From the NCBI RefSeq assembly GCF_009914755.1, contig NC_060932.1: DNA of 64,000 bases, one strand, 5' to 3'. The notes under the pieces are model-generated. The model saw only the letters and a list, made by a program, of their open reading frames with translations. It searched no databases and was not told the origin of the DNA. A program made the position numbers and the translations under genes. Shown here in pieces: positions 53,373 to 64,000 of the stretch (positions are counted from its first letter, which is position 1; each line of letters begins with the position of its first letter). The DNA is from the human T2T-CHM13v2.0 reference genome, Homo sapiens.

Positions 53373-54698
53373 GTCAGCAAAACTGAGATACCAAACTGTT
53401 CTTCACAGCCAACTGATGCAAGTACAGTTCCCAATAAAACCCCCTATTAGCACAACATTTCTTGAATTATCTGTTGTTTCTTCATGAAGTTCCTTCAGAA
53501 CGTTGGTTCATTCGCCGCACACATTTCTAAGACATAAATTATCATGAGATGAGAGGAAACTCACATTGCTCTCCAAAACACAGACAAGTACTTCTGTGTC
53601 AGTTTCAAGAAGGATGGAGCAAGAGAGTCCCATAAGGGCTCCCTGTTAGAATCTGAGGAGAAAGATCTTGATTATCAAAAACTGAATCCTAGCTGTTCTA
53701 GAAGAGGGCAGTTTGTTTGTGGCTTGTTTTCCACCTCCAGTGGAAAATGTTTTTTTGTTTCAAGTTACAATCATTTAAAATGTCAAAACTATCTTCATAA
53801 CACACAACCTGAGGCTATATTCTGAAACCAAATGAAATTCCATGGAAACCACTTACATTGCTCAGTAGATTGGGAAGCCTCTCTTAAGTAATCTCCCCTC
53901 GCCCAGGGAATTTAAAACACAAGTGGAAACACTTCTCTTTTGTTACTCACTCAACTTGATTGCCTCCACCCAGACTGAAACACAAAAATACCTCTGCCTT
54001 CGGTATGCTGAAAATGATTCTTCAAGCTATGAGTTGAGATATTTCATGGCAAGGGCTTTTATCTCCATAAAGTATTTCCTGAAAGAACTACCCCAATTCC
54101 ATTTGAGGGAATATTACACAGCCAATAAACATTATGTTCACAAAGAGTTTCTAACAACAGTACCAATGTTATTTTTGTCAAATGGAAACAAAGCAGTTAT
54201 TTCAAGTTTACTAGTGACAAAAGCCATGTGTAAAAAGACTGTAGCCTCCAGGTCAGGATGCCTCAGTAAATCCACCCTTCAATCATCCCTCTGCTTTAAA
54301 TGCACAAAACGACTGATAAAATATAAAAAATGAAAACCAACATGACATTGCTTGTTCAAAAACAAGACAAATACATTTGTAAAGATGGGACAATAATGTA
54401 AAATGATACGTAGGACTGAAGTCTCAGGACTGCAGGCTTCGAGCAAAAGGGCCCAAAACAAGTAGGTATTTAGATCGGTTCACAAGCTAGAGTCGGTGTT
54501 TGAAGCCAAGGGGTGGAGTAGCTTCTCTCAGCTCCTTCACTCCAAAGGAGGCACAAAAATAAAAATAGCGCAGGCCACCCTCTGTCTGAAACAAGTGCAT
54601 TTCAGTAGATGCAAGTCCAAAAAGGCAGGTGGAACTAGGCACCAATTCAAACCACCTTCTGTCTCTGTGATAGATCAGTAGTATTCCCAATATCACCT

Positions 54699-55161
54699 TG
54701 TATTAATTTTCTAAGGCTGACATGACAAAGTACCACAAACTAAGTGGCTTAAAACTATGAAAATTTATTCTCTCACATTTCTGGAGGATACATTCCCATA
54801 CTCAAGGTGTTTGAAGAGACATACCTTCATCAAAAGCTTTAGGGAAACAATCTTTCTTTTCCTCTTTTAGCTTCTGGTGGACCCAGGCATTCCTTGGTTT
54901 ATGGCAGCATCACTCCAATTTCTGCCTTGGTCTTCACATAACCATCTTCTGCTGTGAGTGAGTCTCTGTATCTAAATCTCCCTCTTCTTTCTTCTCTTAT
55001 AAAGACATCAGCCACTGGATTAGGGCTACTCCAATCTAATGTGACCTCATCTTAATTTGACTATGTCTGCAAAGACCTTATTTCCAAATAAGGTCACATT
55101 TACAGGTACCAGGATTAGGACTTCAACTTATCTTCTTGGGGACCCAGTTCAACCCACAACA
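54699..55161 (-). mobile_element. MLT1C-type MaLR LTR
   Basis: tgtattaattttctaaggctg...accacaaactaagtggcttaaaac...ttatttccaaataaggtcacatt...ttcaacccacaaca. Confidence 0.85.
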
Positions 55162-55835
55162 CACTCTGAAGCAGAAATCCCCATCACTGCCTTTATCAGA
55201 CCCAGCTCTGGACTGGGGACTCAGAGAAATGGATGAAGGAAACCACAAAACACCAGAAAGAAACGAAAAATAATTAAAATCCTCCTTAGTCAAAATGAGC
55301 ACAGAAATAAGAATTTCAAAATGTGTGCAGAAATGTAATAAGAATCTCAAACTGTGCGAGGAACTAGAAAGCCACAAAAGAAAGCCAAAAAATGGATAAT
55401 TTGAACACAAATTCACTCCATTGTAAAACTGATTTCACAGAAATATCAGACCAAGACTTTAAAATGAAGTACATACAATAAAGAGGATAAAAGAAGCCAT
55501 AATGTTGATTTAAAAGAACAAGGAATCATTAAGCAGGAAGAAATCAAACAAGAACAAGAGGCTGTGAAAAAGACCAATGGATCCTGAAAAATAAAAATGT
55601 TGATATAAAGGTGACATGACAGGAAAAATTTTGGACTGTTCCTAGTTAAAGAGAGAGTTCATTAACTAAAAGATAGTCCTGATGAAGCCACCCAGAATAA
55701 GACACAGAGAGACAAAGCAATTGTTTTTTAATTAGAAAGACAGTGAAGACACATGGAAAAGAGAATGAGAGTCTCCAATATTTAATTAAAAAGCATCCAC
55801 AAAGTAGAGAATGGAGGAACTGGTAAAGATGCAAT

Positions 55836-56130
55836 TTTTTTTTTTTTTTTTTTTGAGACAGGGTCTCACTCTGTCACCCAGGCTGGAGACCAGTGATGCA
55901 ATCATAAATCACTGCAGCCTCGACCTCCCCAGGTTCAGGTGAACCTCCCACCTCAGCCTCCTGAGTAGTAGGACTACAGGTGCTTGCCACCATACCTGGC
56001 TAATTTTTGCATTTTTTTGTAGAGACTGGTCTCACTATGTTGCCCAGGCTGGCCTCGAACTCCTGGCTCAAGAGATCCACCCACCTTGGCCTCCCAAAGT
56101 GCTAGGATCACTGAGTCACCATGCCCAACC
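55836..56130 (-). mobile_element. AluJ
   Basis: cactgcagcctcgacctcc, ctatgttgcccaggctgg; TSD aaagatgcaat at 55825 and 56131. Confidence 0.92.
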
Positions 56131-56251
56131 AAAGATGCAATATTTAAAATGATACTTGCTGAGCATTTCAAAATGAAAGAGCAATATGAGTTCTCAGAAC
56201 AATCATGCCTTCTGATAAATAAAAGTAAATCCATATTGGCAGGACATAAAG

Positions 56252-56533
56252 CAGCAGTTTTTAACGTTTTTGGCACCAGGGACTGGTTTCACGGAAGACA
56301 ATTTTTTCACTGGGGGAGTGCAGGGGGTGGTTTTGGGATGAAACTGTTCCACCTCAGTTCATCCTATGAGATTCTAATTCTCCTATGAGAATCTAATGCC
56401 TCTGCTGATTTGACAGGAAGCAGAGCTCAGGCGGTAATGCTCGCTGGCCCGCTGCTCACCTCCTATGCTGCGGCTGGGTTCCTAACAGGCCACGGACCGG
56501 TACCCGTCCACAGCTAGGGCTTAGGGACCCCTG
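56252..56533 (+). mobile_element. MER1B (hAT-Charlie) with internal deletion
   Basis: ttttggcaccagggactggtttc...ttcctaacaggccacggacc...gggacccctg; perfect 8-bp TSD ACATAAAG. Confidence 0.9.
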
Positions 56534-56695
56534 ACATAAAGGATAAGGAAACAACCTCAAAAAGGACCAGAGAGAAGACACAGATTACCCATGAATGAGC
56601 AAAAACTAGTCCTTGAGAGGACTTCCAAGCTGCAGCCATAGATGGCAAAGATCAGTGCAGTGGTACCACAGAGTGCTGAGAGAAAATAAGCATCT

Positions 56696-57002
56696 AGCCA
56701 GGCCTTGGTGGCTCACGCCTGTATTCCCAGTAATTTGGGAGGCCGAGGCAGGCAGATCACCTGAGGTCAGGAGTTCGAGACCAGCCTAACCAACACGGTG
56801 AAACCCATCTCCACCAAAAATATAAATATTAGCTGGGTGTGGTGGCATGCACCTGTAATGCCAAGTACCTGGGAGGCTAAGGCATGAGAATCACTTGAAC
56901 TTGAGAGGAGGAGGTTGCAGTGAGCCACAGTCACACGATTCTACTCTGGCCTGGGTGACAGAGCAAGACTCCGTCTCAAAAAAAAAAGAAAAGAAAAAAA
57001 AG
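56696..57002 (+). mobile_element. AluSx-type
   Basis: Full dimer; TSD aagcatct. Confidence 0.92.
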
Positions 57003-57440
57003 AAGCATCTATCTAGAATTTTATACCCAGTTAAACCCTGGTTCAAATGTGATAGCAAAATAAATATTTTTATACACATAAAAGACCAAGAGACTTTAAC
57101 ACCCAAAGACATTTTCTAAAAGAACTATTAAAGAATGCACTTTAACAAAAAGAAAGATAAACCCATAGGGAGGAATGAGATTAAAGAAAAACACAGTGAA
57201 CAGACAAAAAGGTTTGTTAATATCAGTCAATGAAACTAACTACAAGCTGTGAACAATAATTACTATGTTTTATATTTAAAAGGCATAAAACTACAACTCT
57301 AAGCAACTATGACAGGAAAGTGGGATGTTCAATGAGTAGTTATGGTGTGGTAGGACTCTGAGAAGAGAGCAGAAATACTAAAGAACCATAGGATCACTAA
57401 GTATGCATGGAAAAAAGACTGGAAAGAAATGCAATAAATG

Positions 57441-58050
57441 AGCCAGATGCAGTGGCTCACACCTGTAATCCCAACACTTTGGGAGGCTGAGGCAGGAGGA
57501 TCTCTTGAGGCCAGGAGTTTGAGAATAGCCCTGGCAGCATAACAAGACCTCTATCTCTACAAAAATAAAAAATTAGGCCGGGTGTGGCAGCTCGTACCTA
57601 TAATCCCAGCACTTTGGGAGACTGAGGTGGGCGGATCACTTGAGGTCAGGTGTTCAACACCAGCCTGGCCAACATGGAGAAACCCTGTCTCTACTGAAAA
57701 TACAAAAATTAGTCTTACGTAGTGGTGTGTGCCTGTAATCCCAGCTGCTCAGGAGGCTGAGACAGGAGAATCGCTTGAACCCAGGAGGCAGAGGCTGAGA
57801 TCGTGCCACTGCACTCCAGCCTGGATGACAGAGCAAAACTCCATCTCAAAAAATAAAAATAAAAAATACAATAAAATACAATACATTAGCCAGGCATGGT
57901 GGCATGCACCTGTAGTCCCAGCTACTCAGGAGACTGAGATGGGAGGATCCCATGAGCCCAGGAGTTCAAGGCTACAGTAAGCTATGATCATGCCACTGCA
58001 CTGATCATCCTGAGGCAACAGAGCAAGACCCTGTCTCAAAAAATAAAAAA
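57441..58050 (+). mobile_element. AluJ (left arm 57441-57575, right arm 57889-58050) split by an AluS
   Basis: J-type arms flank a complete younger Alu inserted in the A-rich linker. Confidence 0.88.
57576..57888 (+). mobile_element. AluS (Sz-like) nested in AluJ
   Basis: Full dimer, small deletion at gcagagg^ctgagatc. Confidence 0.9.
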
Positions 58051-58352
58051 GAAATAGAAAAAATATTAATAATGATTGTCTCAGAGAAATTATATAATGA
58101 GTATTTTTTCTTTCCTTTTTATTCTCCTCTGTATTAAATTTTCTAAAATACATATATAGACCTTTTATGAAAAAAAAGTAATCATCTCTATTAAATCTCC
58201 TCACATCACCTCTTCTCTTGTCTTCCCTTAATCCTGAAGAAATGTCTACTCCTTAAAGTGACATTGTTAGCAATACTAGCACTGGGTAGCCAAAGGGCAT
58301 CCAGAAATTTCTCAAGATAATCTGACCATTTTGCATTGCTGTGCTGGACTGG

Positions 58353-58731
58353 TGTCTTAGTCGGCTCAGGCTAGTATAACAAAATACCAAAGGCTAGGTG
58401 GCTTAGTAGAAATTTATTTCTTACAGTTCTGCAGGCTGGGAATCCCAAGATAAGGTCCTAGCTGGTTCAGTTCCTGGTAGGGGCTCTCTTCATTCCTTGC
58501 AGATGGCCGCCTTCTAGCTGTGTCCTCATTTGGCCTTTCAGGCTGAGTGCGTGGGGAGAAAGAGAGAGAGCTCTTTTTCCCTCTGCTTATAAGGCCACCA
58601 ATCCTACTGGATTAGTACTCCACCCTTATAATCTCGTGTAACCTTAATTACGTCCAAAAAGCCCTATCACCAAATACCATCACACTGGGCTTCAGCGTAT
58701 ACATTTTGAGGGGTACAATTCAGTCCAAACA
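58353..58731 (-). mobile_element. MLT1A/B-type MaLR LTR
   Basis: tgtcttagtc...acaaaatacca...cttataaggccaccaatcc...acaattcagtcca; TSD actgg/gctgg. Confidence 0.82.
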
Positions 58732-58881
58732 GCTGGTATCCTGAAGATCTGCCAAATCCCATCATCTACTGTCACTCCAAGAACCTACACAGAAAGTCCT
58801 CACTGATTCAATATAACTGCCCAAAGATCCACCTTGGATGGATAGAAGGATAGTTACAGTCTTTTTAAAAAGAAAGAAAGC

Positions 58882-59012
58882 AGTCAGATGCCTATAATCC
58901 CAGTGCTTTAGAAAGCTGAGATGGGAGGATTGTTTGAGGCTAGAAGTTCAATACCAGCCTGGGCCACATAATGAGACCCCATCTCTATTAAGTAAAGTAA
59001 AATAAATAAAAT
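58882..59012 (+). mobile_element. Alu left monomer / FLAM
   Basis: gcctataatcccagtgcttt...gagaccccatctcta plus A-rich tail. Confidence 0.8.
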
Positions 59013-59053
59013 GCAGTTTTATGACATTTAAATACATTTCTAATGTAAACTAG

Positions 59054-59417
59054 TGTATTAGTCTGTTCTCACACTGCTAATAAAGACATACATAAGACTG
59101 GGTAATTTATAAAAGAAAGAGGTTTAACTGACTCGCAGTTCAGCCTGGCTGGGGAGGCCTCACAATCATGGCAGAAGGTGAATGAGGAGCAAAATCATGT
59201 CTCTTACATAGTGGCAGGCAAGAGAGAGTGTGTGCAGGGGAACTCCCCTTTATAAAACCATCAGATCTCGTGAGACTTACTTACTATCACAAGAACAGCA
59301 AAGGAAAGACTTGCCCCCCATGATTCAATTACCTCCCACCAGGACCCTCCCATGACACTTGGGAATTATGGGAGCTACAATTTGTGATTTGGGTGGGGAC
59401 ACAGCCAAACCATATCA
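59054..59417 (-). mobile_element. THE1B-type solo LTR, 364 bp
   Basis: tgtattagtctgttctcacactgctaataaagac...aaaccatatca; perfect TSD ACTAG. Confidence 0.93.
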
Positions 59418-59552
59418 ACTAGCAAATAACAAACTGTCATCAAGAGAGGTAGCACTACCAGTCCTAACAGGAGTGAATGCGATGGATAGCTTCTCTGATA
59501 CACATCTTTGTGCAACACAAAACTAAATACTAGCATATTTCAGGTGGCAATA

Positions 59553-60512
59553 AGTATTTTAAAAGAAAATAGAGCAGAGGATTTTGATATTATACCTGGT
59601 GACCTGGTAGGCAAAGGCGTGAAGGGGTAAGGGGCATAGAGCAATTCATAGGGATATTTGATGAAAAACATTCCAAGCAGAAAGTGCAGCATCAATAAAG
59701 CATTTGCTTGGCGTATTTGAGAAAAAGCAAGGAGACTCATGTAGCTGGAATGAAGTGATCAAGGAAGAGAGGATGAGTACATGGGGCCAGGTGCCATAGA
59801 GTTCTCAAGACCTTTGGAAGGAATTTGGCTTTTATTTTAAGTGAAATGGTGAGCCATTATGGAGGGACATGGTCTGACCTAACTTACCAAATGATGTCCC
59901 TGACTTTGTGCTGAAAACAGACTCTCCTGGGGCAAGGGTGGAAGCAGTGACCACCTAAGGAACATTACAATAATCCGAGGGCAAATGATGGTGGCTTAGA
60001 CGTGGGCTGTATTAGTCCATTCTTGCCCGGCTATAGAGAAATACCTGAGACTGGGTGACATATAAAGGAAAGGGGTTTAATTGACTCACAGTTCTGCATG
60101 ACTGGGGAAGCCTCAGGAAACTTACAATCATGGCAGAAGGTGAAGGGGAAGCAAGGAATGTCTTACATGGCGGCAAGAGAGAGAGACAGAGAGCCAGCAA
60201 AGGGGAAGTGCAGCAACAGAGAGAGACAGAGAGCGACCAAAGGGGAAGTGCCACATTTTGAAACCATCAGCTCTCGTGAGAACTCACTATCACAAGAACA
60301 GCATAGGGAAAATCACCCTTAAAATTCAATCATCTCCCACCCAGGTACCTCTCTTGACACATGGGGATGACAATTCAAGAAGAGATTTGGGTGGAGACAT
60401 AGAGCCAAACCAAATCATTTGGGTATAACAATGGAAGTTTGAAAAATGGTTGGGTTCTAGATATATTCTGAAGCTAGAGGTAAGGTGTTTGCTGATGGGC
60501 TGTGAGAGAAAG
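59553..60512 (-). mobile_element. L2 interrupted by an MSTA LTR
   Basis: acattccaagcaga...gaatttggcttttatt...aatgatggtggcttagac; resumes ttctagatatattctgaag...tttgctgatgg. Confidence 0.75.
60008..60417 (-). mobile_element. MSTA-type solo LTR with internal 40-bp duplication
   Basis: tgtattagtccattcttgc...gaaatacctgagactggg...gagccaaaccaaatca. Confidence 0.88.
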
Positions 60513-61062
60513 GCGTATTTCCACACTCGATATTTCCACACAAACCACCTCACCCTTCTGGAACATAACTAGAGTTCATTCCTATACATCTTCCTAGTGC
60601 AAAAGCCATGCCTGTTGGCAGGGGCAGCCCCCTTCTATGCACCTCTGGGATTCAAAATCTGCCCGCTCCTCCATCCAGTCCCCACTGAGGAGAGAGCACA
60701 GACAGACTTGAGGAAAAAGCCTTGAAGAGGTGCAAACTTTGACTTGAGAAATATCATTCGCTGAATGTAAACAAAGCATTAAAAGCCAACCCTATGTCTT
60801 CAATTGCTTTTATTCAAACCCACAGAGGTTCTGAAGGGAAATTCTGCTATCTGGTGTTGCCTGCATAATCTCCTCGTCTCCTCCATCTCCACCCCTGCAT
60901 AATAATCAAATATTTGCCAAGAGGAAGAAGAGAATTGTGCAACTAAACACAATATACTCTTTGAAAACTTTATCCCGTTCCATGTTTCTCTAAAAGACAC
61001 ATTGCACGCATCTGCCTTACCAAGCCTATTCATAGGCACTAATTATTCTGGCAAGAGAAATT

Positions 61063-61080
61063 AAAAAAAAAAAAAACACA

Positions 61081-61115
<35 letters not shown>
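61063..61115. repeat. Poly(A) followed by (AC)17 microsatellite
   Basis: Direct reading. Confidence 0.95.
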
Positions 61116-61117
<2 letters not shown>

Positions 61118-61818
61118 GCTCCATTCCTATCTGGTGTGAGCCTCTAAGTTTCTTTTTTTTCCTTACTAAACACCCTGGCTAACTAAGGAAGGGAATCTTT
61201 TACCCCAAGCCCCAAGCCAGATCTCAATAGTTTGAACAAAATTTATATTCTAAAGAAAAAAAATCACACCATCATGTTCTATCTCTTTCGTCTGAAAGCA
61301 TGCCCTAAAATGGACCAACTAGCCAACCAGTTTAATATTTCAGGGGAAAAATAAATAAAATACAAAGAGCCATTCTAGATAAGTTGGGTGGGTTGGGGGG
61401 GAATTACTCTAGGTTGCTGGCAGGCTGCCACTCTGTGTTCATTTTTACATGTTTAAACAGTACTTACCCAATGCTCTTCTTAATCCCATTAAATGAAAAC
61501 ATTTTCTAATTTTAAAATTAAATTTCCTGTATTTCCTGATAGGCTTCCAAGTTATTCTCCTTCCCTCCTCCTCTCTGAGTCCCTTGGTATTTCTACAAGA
61601 AGAGGGGCATTAGCCTTCTGGACAGATTCCAGTTGGCACAATTGCCCTCAGCCTTGTTTTACTCCCCTGGGGTTTTCCTTTGGACAGATTGGTCCCTTAC
61701 TTCCTGTTCTAAAGCAGTGGAAGCGTTGCCCTAAAGCATGTGGCTCATGGCTGTGACCTTCCCCTCCCAACAACCACATGAGGGCATACTTCAGTCATTT
61801 ACTCTTCAATAATCTAAG

Positions 61819-63060
61819 CATGGTACTCCAAACTTCTTTGATTACTTACCCAAACCTAAGTAGATTTTGAGCATACACCTTCAACATGCATGTATTTATG
61901 AACTATGCCTTTTTGATACTATACAAATAGGTTGCAAAATTTTGTAAAAATATGACCAAAAATAGGAATTAAAATAAGAAATATTCTTTTAATATGTTAT
62001 ATTTTAATAATAGAACAAAATAATTAAATTATTATTATAATATTTTAGTGCAAAGTGACAGAATATCTGGCAGTACCTTAAAAACCTTGGTGATGCCACA
62101 ATTCAATGATGCATTTTTCAGAACTAAAAAGGATGACTCCCACAGATTGTACTTTCCAGTGGAAGATAGTCATCACTGGCTGCATTTATATTGCTATGCT
62201 TACGTATTAAGCATAAATTATGCTATGCTGTTGGTTGAAATTCATCTGATAAGTAAGTTCCCATCTGCCACATGCTACTCATTTTTGCTTGCAAACTAAC
62301 TGGAAGATGCTTGATTCTAGATTTTCTGTTTTTTAATGTGCAGATAGAAAAAAGTCTCTGTAGACAAATATGTAATTGTTTTTGAAGACAAAAACACAAA
62401 AGCACAACCTAGTTTCTAAAGTTGCATCTTTAACGTTCTTTCTTCATGGCAAGAATTTATTTTGAAATGCACTATTTCTTAATTATTTTCCAAACACTGC
62501 ATTTATCTGATGGGATAGTGCTATGATTTAAGTGTGTACCCCCTCCAAAATTTCCATTGAAACTTAATTCTTTTTGTGGTGGTATTAAGAAGTAAGACAT
62601 TCAGGAAAGTGATTAAGTCCTGAGACCTTCACTCTCATGAATGGATGAATGCTCTTATAAAAGAGCCTTCAGAGAGAGTTCACTCCTTTTTGTCCTTCCA
62701 CCTCTTGCCCTGTAAGAGTGCAACATCCTCCCCTTCAGAGGACACAGCAACAGGCGCTATCTTGGAAGCGGAGACCAGGCCTTCACCAGACACCAAACCT
62801 TTCAGCACCTTTATCTTGGACTTCCAGTCTCCACAACTGTAGAAATAAATTTCTGTTCTTTATAAATTACCTAGTATAAGGTATTTGTTATAGCAGCATG
62901 AATGGACTAAGACAGATTATACATTTTTTCCCAAAAAAACTCTCTTGGGTAGCATTCTAGTGAGAGCCACTCAATATCAATTCAGAGTATTTTGATTTTA
63001 AAAAGTTAAAAATCAGCAATTTAAGTTTACTAACTCAAGAAATCTGTAATAAGATCGTGG
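61819..63060 (-). mobile_element. hAT-Charlie DNA transposon remnant with decayed transposase, interrupted by an MST LTR
   Basis: Terminal-like ggtactccaaacttctttgatt; minus-strand EWLS (~62965) and TYL.../RLFS...K..R (~62320-62373) resemble hAT transposase motifs. Confidence 0.45.
62519..62914 (+). mobile_element. MSTC/MSTD-type MaLR LTR
   Basis: tgctatgattt...atcttggaagc...caccagacaccaaacc...aataaatttctgttctttataaattacc...ggactaagaca. Confidence 0.85.
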
Positions 63061-63119
63061 CTGACCTGTGCAGTACAAAATATGAACACTCACCATGTCG
63101 ATACAAAATGTTAAATTTC

Positions 63120-63573
63120 TATACTGTTATATTTTCCAGAGAAACAAAACCAGTAAGACATACAGAGAAATAGAGAGAGAGAGATAATTTAAGGCTTTGG
63201 CTTACACAATTGTGGGACTGGCACGTCTAAAACTCATAGAGCAGGACAACAGGCTGAAAATTTAGGTAAGGTTGATGTTGCTCTCTTGAGTCTGAATTCC
63301 ACAGGGCAGCAGGTTGGAAGCTCAGGTAGGATTTTTATGTCACAGTCTTGAGGCAGAGTTTTTCCTTTGGAAAACCTCAGCCTTTACCTTTATGGGCATT
63401 AACTGAATGGATAAGACCCACCTACCTCATGGAAGGTAATCTGTTTTACTCAGATTCTACTGATTTAAATACTAATCACCTCTAAAGCATACCCTCGCAC
63501 TATTATCTAGACCAGTGTTTGACCAAACAACTGAGCATCATAGCTGAATTGACACATAAAATTAATCATCACA
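63120..63573 (-). mobile_element. MLT2B-type ERVL LTR
   Basis: tccagagaaacaaaacca...gtgtttgaccaaacaactg...ttgacacataaaattaatcatcaca. Confidence 0.85.
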
Positions 63574-63593
63574 TGTGTAGAAGTCCTTTTTAA

Positions 63594-64000
<407 letters not shown>

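Larger units (their letters stand above)
55240..58180 (+). mobile_element. Ancient HAL1/L1M ORF1-region element, fragmented by later insertions
   Basis: A-rich ORF1-like sequence incl. cacccagaat...cagagagacaaag and ctagaattttatacccagttaaac. Confidence 0.55.

Noticed and set aside
53923-54333. 136-aa ORF in unique sequence
   Set aside because: GTG start, no recognisable domain, no splice context; consistent with chance.
61386-61401. GGGTGGGTTGGGGGGG G-quadruplex-like run
   Set aside because: Minimal motif that needs the G7 run split into two tracts; no supporting context.

Overview
Primate (very likely human) non-coding genomic DNA, intergenic or deep intronic, about half of it interspersed repeats. 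No protein-coding exon, RNA gene or processed pseudogene can be supported. The ORFs in the track come from Alus, THE1/LTR12/MER6 sequence, microsatellites or chance, and the locus could not be named. The window holds about 20 Alu elements, many MIR/L2/L3 fragments, a complete THE1A MaLR provirus (5-bp TSD), a solo LTR12 (ERV9, 4-bp TSD), several other solo LTRs, DNA-transposon remnants, a twin-primed 5'-inverted L1 and several nested insertions. Structures not explained by repeat annotation: a 99-bp inverted duplication inside an L2 (33123-33365, 87% identical arms, G:U-biased on the + strand), a perfect 21-bp inverted repeat (40258-40311), shorter hairpins, a candidate minus-strand non-coding exon (15118-15253), a possible LTR12-driven spliced transcript, and a ~3.7-kb repeat-free block (29130-32880). 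No complete novel biological system can be shown from sequence alone. Repeat subfamily names are from memory of consensus sequences; ends of old repeats are approximate.
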